Origin: Nemertoderma westbladi
Lineage: Eukaryota; Animalia; Xenacoelomorpha
Length of the DNA: 53,655 nucleotides
Assembly: GCA_032718475.1 (NCBI GenBank)
Contig: JAUCBJ010008297.1
Location: forward strand, 1 to 53,655
Direction of reading: 5' to 3'
The notes beneath the pieces were generated by a model. That model was not told the DNA's origin. It searched no databases and was given only the letters and a program-made list of their open reading frames with translations. Position numbers and translations under genes: made by a program. Below are positions 1 to 11,112 of this stretch, piece after piece; within the stretch, counting starts at the first letter, position 1, and every line of letters begins with the position of its first letter.

Positions 1-1
1 G

Positions 2-3000
2 AAAGCAGAAGCCGAAAGAAAGGCAATAGCAGCGGAAGCAGAAGCAGAAAGAAAAGAAGCAGAAGCCGAAAGAAAAGAAGCAGAAGCCGAAAGAAAGAAA
101 AAGGCGGCGGAAGCAGAAGCCGAAAGAAAGGCAGCGAAGGCAGTGGCAGAAGTAGAAAGGAGAGCATCTGAGCAGACTACCCAACTGGAGTTGGAAAATC
201 TGCAAGAGACACAAGACAGTATAAATAAACAGTTCACTGCTAATCAAATGCAGATGATGAGAAAATCTACTCCCAAGCGCCAAGGATACACATCCTCGGA
301 GGAAGGTGATACTACCGATCCTGAAGGCGGAGGAAATAGATCTCATCTAAGTAGGCGTAGAAAAACATATTACCGTCGCAAATTGCCTGATTTGCCCCCA
401 GCTGTTAAAAGACAGCTAACTAGCACAGATTTAGGTAGTGCAGAACCTATAGAACAATTTATCCAGGTCAAAAGACTCCCTACTATAGTCGATGAACCTG
501 AAATAATTAGGCCTGTAATTCCCAAAGTCACTTCTATGCTAGAGACCCCTGCACTTCCAGAGCTTAACTCTAAATTCCCTTTACATAGCACTACACTGCC
601 TGTACCCGGTGGAACAGCCCATGCAAACACCCCTGTCCAGATAGCAGAGAGAGAAATCAATAATTTGTCTCCCGTCGTCCCGCGTCAGCCCGCTACTATG
701 TTGGCGACTCCCGCTTCGGCGGTTGAGTGGGTGGAAGAGGGACGGCGGGGGATGAATCTCCTGCTAGGACAGATGCAGGAGACTGTCCACCAACTTAAGG
801 GAACAGTGAGGGAAAGTAGAGCAGAGTTGCAAGAAGTGCAGCAAAGTATCGCGCTAGAACGCGACAAATTAGTCAATATTCAAAAAGGCATACCAATGCC
901 CCCGGTAACATTGAGTCAACCCGTTAGGTCTGAAGTATCACATGCGCAAGGTGTGGAGCCTACACGCATCTATACTGCTAGTGAAGTTGAAACTCCTATA
1001 GCAAACCCTATTAAGGGTGATTATAGACCTGTTATTAATGATATTCCCTATAGACCTGATAATGATCCGAGAAATTTGGATACCGATAATTCGATATTAA
1101 ATAACACGATGGCCCAAGAAAGCTTTACGCGTCAGATGGCTAGAACAGAAGCCCGCCAAGCGGTCAAAGTGGGAGAGATCGTCAAATTCAATGGGGATGA
1201 GATGAAATGGTTACCTTTCAACGAATATTACAAAGATAGCATACAGAACTCTGTACTATCTAACGGAGAGAAACTTAGATTCCTCATCAAGTGTTTGGAA
1301 GGACCTCCCAAGTTAATGGCGTTAAAGTTTATTGGACATCCAGATGGATTAAGACAAGTTTGGGATACATTAAACATCAGGTATGGTAATAAAGACAACA
1401 TCGCTAAGTATCTGTATACAAAATTGGTAGCCCCCCGACACTTCCTTAGTAGTGGGATTATAGAATTTTCCGATGAAATACAAGAGATCTGTAGACAACT
1501 GGACTGGTTAGGTAAGTCGCACGAATACCAGAGTTCCATGGTTATTGGAGCCGTAGTCTCTACTTTACCAAAGGGTGGAGTATGTACACGCTGGGACAAG
1601 AAAGTGTTGTACATGAATGACCAACAACGACGAAGTCCTACCATGGCTGATCTCATGTCGTTCTTGGATGGTGAAGTCAGACTACAACTCATCAAGCAAG
1701 CCAGAGAGAAAACATCGGAAAATAAGGTAAGTGAGAAACCCGATTCTAGGAGAAGGATAATACCAGTGTGTTATACTGACGACGGCGAAAGCCAAGCTTC
1801 TCAAGAAGAGGACAGCGGGAAAGACACCGAACGATCTTACTATGACAACAAGACCTATAAAGACGTAAGTAAATACAAGTCTCGAACCAGTGACAGGAGA
1901 GAACAGGTAACAACAACTCCTCCTACGTCTCCTAAGAGAATTCACGGAAGAAAGCCCGAAGAAAGAACGAGAGTGCAGAACGTTAACCAAGTTAAGGTGA
2001 GTAACATCAAACCAAAATGTGCGCTGTGCGACGGGCCCCACCGTTTGAGTGCGTGTGCAGAATTCCTAAAGAAATCCATGGCAGATAGACGTGGAGTCCT
2101 GTGGGATAAACGGTTATGTTATAACTGTCTCAGACGCGGACACCAGCGGCGAACCTGTTACTCTGACGCAAGGTGTGCTAAGTGCGGCGCGAAACATCAT
2201 AGCTTGTTGCACACGGAATTCGAACGAAACAACCCTAGTCAGGTAAGTGAGCCCAAATCACATGTCCAATTCAGTGATGTGAACGACACTGACCAAAGTT
2301 CTGAGTGGGAAGGATTCTATACGGACGAATTCTCCGATGCCAACGAATCCTGTTACCTAATAAATACCACAGTGTATCGAGCACTTACGGATGAAAAGGA
2401 CACTGACGAGTTTACTCCAACTCCTTTTGACAAACAACCATCTTGGAAAGTTCCAACTTCCAACATAGGAATAAGAGAATTTCCTGTAGTGCAAGTTCGA
2501 GTTCATGGTCCCAACAAGAGTTACATAGTGAACGCCCTACTTGACTCCGGCAGCACAGGAACATTCATCGATCAAGAACTAGCCGAAGATATCTTTGCTG
2601 GACAACCCAAATTCCAAACTAAGTTGAATATGTCCGGAATTATGCAGGTTTGGAAATCTACCATAACGGCAGATTACTATGTAGGTGCGTTGTCCACCCC
2701 CCAGGATAAATTAGGAGCACAAAGTATAAGGTCAGTAAAAATGGTGGCTATAAAGAACTTTGCTACTACTCAAGCAGAACCTTATAACTGGGACGAGGAC
2801 GAGTGCATCCAACATCTTGAGATACCTCGATTCCAAACCGATTATCCTGGAGTGCAAATACTCATCGGCCAAAACGCGCATGAGGCGCTCGAGCCATTAG
2901 AGAAACGGCCTGCTCAACCACAGCCACTACAAACCTATGCGGTAAGAACTAGAGTAGGTTGGTACTTCACTGGCCCTTCCCGTAGAACTCTCAAAGAGAG

Positions 3001-3445
3001 ATTACCTCAACAACAGGTATACCAAGTAAAGGGGGAAGTGGAGAGCAGTGATGTGGACGACCCAACTGAGGGAACACCATACTCCTCAGATAATGACGAT
3101 ATTAACTCCAATGTAGATCAATGGAGACATTGCCTTGGGACGATTAATCCAGCCGACATCGCTTCCAGAGGAGCAACTCCTCAAGAACTGATAGATACTC
3201 CAGGCTGGTTAGGTGGATCCGACTTCTTAAGTAAAGAAGAAGAAGAATGGCCTCCTCATCTTACCACGGCGGAGAGTAGACAGGCCAAGGGAGCGGGGAA
3301 ACTAACACAACCACTCAATCGCCCAGCTAGTCGTTTATGTTTACTGGAAAGAGACCGAAAACTGTCCGGAAACTATGGAAGGCAAGATACTCTTCCTACG
3401 ACTACTTCCCTAATCCGACAAATATCTAGGGACTCCATAACGTAA
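2..3445 (+). CDS. gag-pro: Gag-aspartic protease polyprotein of A, with RT, most of RNase H and IN deleted in frame; open from the window edge
   Basis: AEAERK helical repeats; DUF1759-type capsid (KFNGDEMKW...EKLRFLIKCLEG); three Bel/Pao Cys-His boxes (CALCDGPHRLSAC, CYNCLRRGHQRRTC, CAKCGAKHHSLLH); protease LLDSGS; remnants NPADIASRG and RPASRLCLLE. Confidence 0.9.
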   Translation, partial: KAEAERKAIAAEAEAERKEAEAERKEAEAERKKKAAEAEAERKAAKAVAEVERRASEQTTQLELENLQETQDSINKQFTANQMQMMRKSTPKRQGYTSSEEGDTTDPEGGGNRSHLSRRRKTYYRRKLPDLPPAVKRQLTSTDLGSAEPIEQFIQVKRLPTIVDEPEIIRPVIPKVTSMLETPALPELNSKFPLHSTTLPVPGGTAHANTPVQIAEREINNLSPVVPRQPATMLATPASAVEWVEEGRRGMNLLLGQMQETVHQLKGTVRESRAELQEVQQSIALERDKLVNIQKGIPMPPVTLSQPVRSEVSHAQGVEPTRIYTASEVETPIANPIKGDYRPVINDIPYRPDNDPRNLDTDNSILNNTMAQESFTRQMARTEARQAVKVGEIVKFNGDEMKWLPFNEYYKDSIQNSVLSNGEKLRFLIKCLEGPPKLMALKFIGHPDGLRQVWDTLNIRYGNKDNIAKYLYTKLVAPRHFLSSGIIEFSDEIQEICRQLDWLGKSHEYQSSMVIGAVVSTLPKGGVCTRWDKKVLYMNDQQRRSPTMADLMSFLDGEVRLQLIKQAREKTSENKVSEKPDSRRRIIPVCYTDDGESQASQEEDSGKDTERSYYDNKTYKDVSKYKSRTSDRREQVTTTPPTSPKRIHGRKPEERTRVQNVNQVKVSNIKPKCALCDGPHRLSACAEFLKKSMADRRGVLWDKRLCYNCLRRGHQRRTCYSDARCAKCGAKHHSLLHTEFERNNPSQVSEPKSHVQFSDVNDTDQSSEWEGFYTDEFSDANESCYLINTTVYRALTDEKDTDEFTPTPFDKQPSWKVPTSNIGIREFPVVQVRVHGPNKSYIVNALLDSGSTGTFIDQELAEDIFAGQPKFQTKLNMSGIMQVWKSTITADYYVGALSTPQDKLGAQSIRSVKMVAIKNFATTQAEPYNWDEDECIQHLEIPRFQTDYPGVQILIGQNAHEALEPLEKRPAQPQPLQTYAVRTRVGWYFTGPSRRTLKERLPQQQVYQVKGEVESSDVDDPTEGTPYSSDNDDINSNVDQWRHCLGTINPADIASRGATPQELIDTPGWLGGSDFLSKEEEEWPPHLTTAESRQAKGAGKLTQPLNRPASRLCLLERDRKLSGNYGRQDTLPTTTSLIRQISRDSIT

Positions 3446-5067
3446 TAACATATGGAGTGGGCGTGTGACTATATTATTTTATATTTTTTTATTATTATTT
3501 TATATTTAGGTATGGATTATTATGTACTTTAGTATAATCGTTTTATTTAATTTTATTTAGTAAAATGTTATTTTAGAATGTTAGTAGATTAGTGCAATAT
3601 ATTAGTGTTTATTACGTACATAATTACTTATAATATATATTTAGTGCGACGGCAAGAAGTAATTATTTTCTCTTTCCTTACTGTCCGTATTATATTATAA
3701 ATGCGAGACTATAGTAAGATGACATGTCAGTACTTCTTAAAGTACAGTAAAGCCACTACTATATTTAAGTATTATTGGTAGGCAGAGTATTAGGAATGCA
3801 AAGTTCAGATCCTCGTGTCTCGGCTAAACCAAGCTCTGGGTAGACCTTGGAAACGACTTGCCTCTTCACACTGACATTGCTTCGTGCGATATTGCTCTTC
3901 TACCTTATAACAAATAATACATATAGTAGCGTGATGTCCCTCTAACAGTAGCGTCAATCGCAAATAAATCTGTTAAATTTTTGACCATCTGTAATTCTAG
4001 TCGATTAAGATATCGTGGCACCCACCGATATACTTGAAAGACAAATTCTAGAATCAGTGGTTAACGTCCCCAGACAAGTTCTGGAATAAATTGGTGCCCA
4101 TCCTAAATATTAATTTAATATTTATTAAAATCTGTAAAATTCAGATCCGTTAACAATTCTAGTCGATTAAGATATCGTAGCACTTACCGATACTCTTAAA
4201 AGACAAATTTTACAGAATTAAGGATCCTGAGTTCCCAGATATGCTCTGGAATAAAATTTATGTCAATTTAATATCAAATAATAAAATTCACGGGAATAAA
4301 TTAAATTCATACTCGAATGAATTTCATAAATTGTCATTTTGTGCAATTTATAACATTCCCAAAATTCCAGTAATTAATAGATCATGGGAGCGGAGATTCA
4401 TATTGAGTGTATTAGAGTGTGAGAATCTCCAGCATATAGTCAATAGCCGATAAAATTTATAAAATCATGCATAAAGAGGGTATTGACAACTAAAGAATTA
4501 CTATTAAATAACATCCCAGATCTGTATGCATGAGAATTACCCTAATTCTACCGCTAGTTTTCCATAATGTCACCATGGCAACACCCACGCTAGAATTAGA
4601 AGCAAGTTAAAAGAACAATAAAAGGCTTGCCCCATTGCGTAGCATAAGAGTATACATAGCGCACTATTAGTATCCAAGGATACATAGTAAATACGTGACA
4701 TTCTGGAAGACACTGACTAACGGACAAATGGTATGCATGTGTGCAGTAAGTAATGATTGTATGGAATTTGTGCGTTTATAGGTGAATGTTACTACTAAAG
4801 TGTGTTTACAGTAGCTAATCGCAATTGTAAAATAGCCCTAACTCTACCGAGATAACCTCAAGTGGATTCAAGCTTTTGGGACGGACAGTGGTGGGACTTG
4901 TGCCGGTTATCGTTGTCGTGCTGTTGCTACATGTTGGCGTAAACACTGCGACAGCGGTACATCGGCGCTGAGAAACCCACTGTCCGGGGGCAAAGCCTAG
5001 TAGGCAGCCACGCCCGCTTGCCTAAAATATTAACTCATATTGATATTAATAAACTCAGATAACAGAT

Positions 5068-6372
5068 ATGACGGAATTGATAGAAGATGACCTTGGTATC
5101 AGGGAGCGATATACTCTACCTTTACAAGCGTTTGTGGATAGCTTGATACGCGGTGAAGCCGATCCGACTATTACGGAGGACGATGGTCGTTTATTTATCG
5201 ATTAACGATATCGAACCGCCGATGTCCCAAGAGCAACTTACGCGTGAATTGGACTATCGAAAATTAACCGCTCGCTATACGCATCGTAATGGTACGTATA
5301 TGGACTTCTTAACTACCGGCCATCCTATCGATTTACATGATACGGACGATGTAGACACCGAAAGGGAAATGGTTCTATTTAAATATCATACCCAGCGGCG
5401 TCGTAACGATAAACCGAGAATAGATCACGAAAATTCTATTCGTAACAGACTGGGAAGACGAACCAATATGTCTAGAATCTGAAGAGATTCAGCCTATCGC
5501 GCTCGGAACAGCGACAACGATTACATCCTAGAATGGTATCAAGGTCCACAGTGTCTCACTGCGTACGATTATCGCCATGCCAACTATGTTTCTCGGCAAC
5601 GTTGTCGGTTATGCGCATCGAGAGACCATGTTACGCCCATGGACACAAACGTCCGCTGTTCCTATTTCCACGAACAACCGGCGATGGAAATTTATTGCGC
5701 GTATTGCAGATTTAATAATTTGCATATTTTTGCGGTTTGCCCTCAATTTATGACTCAATGTCACCACTGTCAACTAAAGGGACACGCCAGTTTCGATTGC
5801 CCTTTTTAATCGCGATTTGGAAAGCGTAGATGAAATGATCACACTACGTTACATTAGAGCTTGGGAAGCGAACGCTGATTTACATCGTGATTCGCGCCAT
5901 CGCTATTATCCTGGACGCGCTTACGAAGGAATTTATGCGTTCCATCCTTATCTATTCGCTTCTGTCGAACAGAAATCACGCATATCGAGTTACAGGAAGT
6001 ATATCGACGGCCTTACGAGTACCGAGCCCGCGAACGCGAGTTGGAAGAACCATTAAACCAAGGAAGTTTCTAACTGCCTATGGTCCACCCACGGCCCTCG
6101 TTCAGACCACTCGTAAAGGACCCGTAAGAGCGGCTGTCTTGAAACGAGCTCTCAAAGCCGTTAGACCCCTCTCCCCGGACGTTGATGTCCATCAACCCGG
6201 TACTTCGACCGGCGGATATACCGATCGCAATCCCATACCTTCTGATGCAATCATATTGCACCCTTCACCCCGGAGTTATAGCCCTCCTAGTAAAGTGGCT
6301 CGCCCCAAAGAGAAAAGGACTCTTGCTAGCTTCAAAAAACTGCGTAAACGCCGTCCGCGCAAGAAAGACTAA
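5068..6372 (+). pseudogene. Decayed extra ORF (ORF3) of A: triple zinc-knuckle protein with basic C-terminus
   Basis: ATG 5068 (MTELIEDD, homologous to 23630 MTELIEDG). Manual translation past TGA 5480 gives CRLCASRDH..C, CAYCRFNNLHIFAVC and CHHCQLKGHASFDC; several frameshifts; ends in KKLRKRRPRKKD. Confidence 0.7.
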
Positions 6373-6442
6373 CTGTTTAGAGTATTTTTGTATTTTAGAA
6401 ACTGTGATTTTGTATATTTTATAGACTTAAATCCCATTTTCT

Positions 6443-6450
6443 GGGAGCGG
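6443..6450 (+). other. Polypurine tract of A
   Basis: GGGAGCGG abuts the LTR TG; identical in C at 24984-24991. Confidence 0.75.
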
Positions 6451-7698
6451 TGTAAAAGCTTTTGTGGGATAACTGATACGTTTGCCTTGGCTGGCCAGTT
6501 CCCCCCCCGGCGCTGGAATACTCTAAAAAAGGTTTTCTAACTGTATATATATTCCCCTCGCCCGCAAGGTACCTTTACAGGTGTTTTAACGGACATAAAA
6601 ATCATTCTGCTATATACGTGTTTTAGCGGACATGGTAAGACAAAAACTTGTAATGCACAAACCACCTTTCACAGCTTAGCCGTGATGATTCATATTACGA
6701 CATCTAGCAGCTGGTTGCTGACATGGAAACAGCCATTGGCAGCGTGGTTCTTTGTTTGGCTTGGGCCAATCAGGGCGATTTTTCCTGTCGACGTGTAGCT
6801 TTCCTGGAAATCATGGAGAGTGTTCGCTCTGACTGGAGAGAGAGAGAGAGTTGTTACTTTTGTTGTTATTGCTGTCTAAGCCAGAAACACCGGCATTTTT
6901 GGATAGATACTGCTGTACCGTGAACTGCAGAACTGCTTGAATTATCGAAAGTATAAACTGTTACCTTATCAATCCTGACTTAAATCACTCACTAATTCAT
7001 TAATCATATTGTTTGTACTGTTATTTTACCGTCAGTTATTAATTGTAAATATTTGTTGATGGAAATATTGCTATTTGGATAATACGGATAAATCACCCAA
7101 TTCCCAATTTTCTTGATAACACTACAGGTTAGAGAGACCGGCTATATATAACAATTGCGATTTATATTAATGTGGTGTGTATTGAATCCAATGTTATTTA
7201 GCAGACCCTACGCGAGTCAATTACTGCTCTCTTTATGTGTGATCAAATATACTGACTGTCGGCAGAATAGTGTGTATGATTGTGATTGGTAACAAAGTAT
7301 TTCCTAAAGAATACGTTTTATACTTTAATCAGCAGCAGTATCGTTGCGTTTAGTATAAGTCTTAGTTCTGTTTAAATAGGTAAAGCGCCACGTCCTAAAG
7401 GAACTGTTAATATTTCCCGAAAGCCAATAATATCTGTCAGAGATTAATTATTAACGATCTATCGAATAATACATTAGGTATACACTACAACCTTACACTG
7501 TAATAATACAATTCAAGCATCCGAATTCAGTCTCCCGGGTGTAGATCCATCGGGTGAATGATCGCGCATGGGCTGACTTCGGCTAATGTTTTGCGTATTA
7601 GCATAAATTATTGTCGTATGCTAAAGTGGTTTTAATTAACGAAAAGACATATAAATTTTGGCGGGTTAAACTGCTAAAGGTCTTCGAAAGCGCGAACA
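6451..7698 (+). repeat. 3' LTR of A (1248 bp)
   Basis: TGT...ACA termini; shares blocks with the C and B LTRs (CCAATCAG, GCGCCACGTCCTAAAGGAACTGTTAATATT, GCGGGTTAAACTGC). Confidence 0.9.
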
Positions 7699-8671
7699 GT
7701 TCCCTTATCAGATCTCATCGTGTTGCTAGTTCCAAAGCGAGCGATCTGTCGGCGTAGACTCAGTATGAAACTGTTGGTAGATAGATCGTTCACCATATCT
7801 AAATGGATCGCTCAACAAGTCATACAGACAAAGATGACACACCATCGCTTGACTATAGTCCTGGCACGATATACTTCAATAGGGCCAAATAAATCCACAC
7901 CGGTATTAGTAAAGGGTGGTTCATAAAAGCTTACTCGTTCCCTAGGTAATTCTGCCTCTCGCTGTGTTAAAGGCCTACTGAATGCTTTCCTACAGGGTAT
8001 ACAGTTCCTAAGAACTTGGTTCAGAGCTCTACGGGGTTTATGAAAATAATAGCGAGTTCGAATTTCGCTAAGAACTCGTTCTCTACCAGCATGGTAAAGC
8101 TTACTGTGAACATCTACAATCAATCTTGATTTGTATTTCAAGATTTCTAATGAGTATGGGAAACTTAGTGTCAAAGGATAATGGAGCATTAGTTAGTCTT
8201 CCTCCAATGCGTATTAACCCATCTATCATTGTGCTAGAGAAACGATCCCTTAAGCGCATCTGTGGATTTCTCAACAACAGGAAATACTTATCGGAATCTT
8301 CATAGCATTGCAGGAGTCTCAGTATCTGCTTATTGGTTTCTTCATGCTCCTGGTAACTGATCCTCTCCTTCAGAAATCTGTCTGATATCTTGTATTTGGG
8401 AAGATCTTTAACAACATAGACCTGCGCAGATGTCAGTGGAGCGGTATCACTAGCGATCTTCGTCCTGGAGTAGTGATGATGAAAACATCGCTTTAAATAA
8501 GCAACGGCCTTACAAAGCCGATTCCAGGAGCTATAGTGATGTATCGCTCTCTGCAGGAGGGGTGAGAGTCCCTGCGAGACATCTGGTGTTCCAGATTTCC
8601 AATCTCTCTCTCTGATTTCCACAACAGACTTATTTGTGGCGTGGGATTTTGGATCCAAAGCGTCGTCTTGA
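7699..8671 (-). pseudogene. pol: B: post-RNase H region and integrase (HHCC plus N-half of the catalytic core)
   Basis: HSKLYHAG...CIPC, FTNTGVDLFGP, KRWCVIFVCMTC, and MRSDKG at the junction with A. Confidence 0.88.
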
Positions 8672-11112
8672 GATAATCTTGAAAGTGTACTTAATAAACA
8701 TGCACCATTAAAAAAGAAATTATATAAACCTGTAAGTAACTCGCAGCAAAATAAGCATCTACCACCATGGTGGGATAAAGAATTGCAAAAACTATTCGAT
8801 GAGAAGCAGATGAACCTCCGTAAATGGCGTAACTCAAGAAACTTAATGATCACAAAATATTTAAAAATAGTAGAAATGCTTTTAATGCCTTAAACAGTAA
8901 AAATAAAAACAAATACGTTCAAAGTCAATTCAGGGAAGCAGCCTCACCAAGTGACAAATGGAAGATAATAAACAATCTCCTTAATAAAAGTAGTAAGAAC
9001 AGCACAATAAAGCAATTAACCAACTCAAACTGTGTACTTGTAAATACAAGCAAAGGGATCGCGGAAATTCTAAATAATACATACATTGCTATGGGAAAAT
9101 TCACTGGACTAACATGTACGATTCGAAATTCAGGTCTAATTTCAACTAATAATAAAACTAATTTAAATTGTCAATTCGGATTCGTTAATGTGGATGAAAT
9201 TACAGTAGATAACATATTTTCTAAAATAAATACAAATAAATCAGCAGGCCCTTCAAAATTACCTCCCAAAATTATAAAATTGTTGGGGCCCAAAATAATA
9301 TTTCAATTTACATATTTAATAAATGAATGCATCACAAGATCAATATTTCCAAAACGCTTAAAATACGCTGATGTTACTCCTTTATTCAAAAATGGTGATA
9401 GGAGTGATCCAGTGAATTACAGACCAATTTCGGTAACGTCGACCTTAGAAAAAGTATTCGAAAAAGTATTATACAACCAGATAAGTGATTATCTAAATAA
9501 AAATAATTTGATAAACAAAACGCAATTTGGTTTTCGTAGGGGTTTTTCAACACGGGACGCAATAATTTATGCCACTGAAACTTGGAGGTACAGCCTAAAC
9601 CAAAATAAACACGTAGCCGTAGGTGCACTAGACCTAAGTAAAGCATTTAATTCTCTAGACCATTCAATTCTTTTAGGTAAGCTAGTAGAATTAGGATTTC
9701 ATGGCACTTCAATTAATATGATTAATAGTTTTCTCTATCCACGATATCAACGCACTAAAGCAAATGGTGTTTTCTCCACTTGGCAACTCGTACCTAGAGG
9801 AATTCCACAGGGGACTATTCTAGGGCCAATATTGTTTGTAATTTATGTAAATTCCATAGCAAATATACCGGATATACACTTGATACAGTACGCAGATGAT
9901 ACACTTATATACTGTACAAATAAGGATCCTCTAAAAGCATCACAAACCTTAGAAAAACACATACTCGCACTTGAAGAAATATTTTCAGACCTAAAACTAA
10001 AATTGAACAATAAAAAAACCGAATTCATGCTTATAAGCCCGCATTCTAGAACACCTGATATAGAGGAGATTGTCTTAAAAATTAATCCGAATACGATAAT
10101 TAACCAATCCAAATCAATTAAATATTTAGGTATACTAATAGACAACAGAATGGAATGGAGGGAACACATCAACGATATAAAACATAAAATGACACAAGCA
10201 ATCTCCGGACTACGACAGATAAAAGGACAGCTACCACTCAAATCTAAACTTAATATAAACAAGGCGACAGTCCTACCATATCATAACTATTGCTGCGAGG
10301 TCCTAATTTCAATACAAAACAGTTACGGTGCAAAGGGAATACTTTACGGGTTAGAAAAAATACAAAATTACGGCTTAAGGGTAGTGTATAGCAAGAAAAA
10401 CAAGGACATGACAGGAACCGAATTACGAACCAAAGCAAAACTTCCTACACTGACAGCTCTACGAGAATACTTTGTATTAAAATTTTACTACAAATATATA
10501 TTTAATCTAAGTACACCATTTAAGAAACTACAACTACCATTTCTTAATAGTATAAGAACAAACGCATACTTAATAAATCCCAGAACACATAATATTAAAA
10601 TACCTACTACTAGGAACAACTACGGATTTAAAAGTTTAACTGTAAGTGCTACAAAAATCTGGAACGCATCTCTTATTACTCTAAAACAAATACGAAAATT
10701 AAAAACTTACATGGATAGCATTAAAAATCATTATTATACAATATATGACCGTGACTCCATAACATAGCAACAAGTAACTTATACAACTTAGAATATACTG
10801 TGATAAAGTAAATAATTAATGTGTGTACGTATGTGTGGGTGGTGTAGTATGTGTGAAATAATGGTGTTTGTAATTGTAAGTATGGGGTGTGTGTGTCTAC
10901 GCGCCAATGTATTGGGTATGTATGTATAACATCAATATGACACCAGTGGATACACAGTAATGTAATTAGTGTAGGTCAGGGATTTGTCTGCCATACATGA
11001 CGCTTATTCACATAAATTATCAGCCGGGGCCACCCTCCATGCTGCCTTCAATTATTTTATATATTTGAAGTTTTGGGAATAAAAGAATTTATTATTATTA
11101 TTATTATTATTA
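8672..11112 (+). mobile_element. 5'-truncated non-LTR retrotransposon (L2/Crack/CR1 group) inserted in B
   Basis: HAPLK...PPWW linker, RT ORF, 3' UTR with AATAAA (11078) and (ATT)n tail to about 11112; B pol resumes on both sides. Confidence 0.9.
9091..10767 (+). CDS. LINE ORF2 reverse transcriptase (endonuclease missing)
   Basis: NYRPIS, QFGFR, DLSKAF, GIPQGTILGP, YADD, KTEFM, KYLGILID. Confidence 0.9.
   Translation: MGKFTGLTCTIRNSGLISTNNKTNLNCQFGFVNVDEITVDNIFSKINTNKSAGPSKLPPKIIKLLGPKIIFQFTYLINECITRSIFPKRLKYADVTPLFKNGDRSDPVNYRPISVTSTLEKVFEKVLYNQISDYLNKNNLINKTQFGFRRGFSTRDAIIYATETWRYSLNQNKHVAVGALDLSKAFNSLDHSILLGKLVELGFHGTSINMINSFLYPRYQRTKANGVFSTWQLVPRGIPQGTILGPILFVIYVNSIANIPDIHLIQYADDTLIYCTNKDPLKASQTLEKHILALEEIFSDLKLKLNNKKTEFMLISPHSRTPDIEEIVLKINPNTIINQSKSIKYLGILIDNRMEWREHINDIKHKMTQAISGLRQIKGQLPLKSKLNINKATVLPYHNYCCEVLISIQNSYGAKGILYGLEKIQNYGLRVVYSKKNKDMTGTELRTKAKLPTLTALREYFVLKFYYKYIFNLSTPFKKLQLPFLNSIRTNAYLINPRTHNIKIPTTRNNYGFKSLTVSATKIWNASLITLKQIRKLKTYMDSIKNHYYTIYDRDSIT

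Larger units (their letters stand above)
1..7698 (+). mobile_element. Non-autonomous Bel/Pao LTR retrotransposon 'A' (5' part outside window): gag-protease, 3-kb 3' region, 3' LTR
   Basis: Bel/Pao Gag-PR ORF; purine tract GGGAGCGG before an LTR (TGTAAAAGC...GCGCGAACA) homologous to the LTRs of C; its right end interrupts the integrase of B. Confidence 0.92.

Noticed and set aside
5800-5809. C CCU UUU slippery heptamer before TAA in ORF3
   Set aside because: The -1 frame stops within 10 codons and the continuation is in +1, so a simple indel is more likely.
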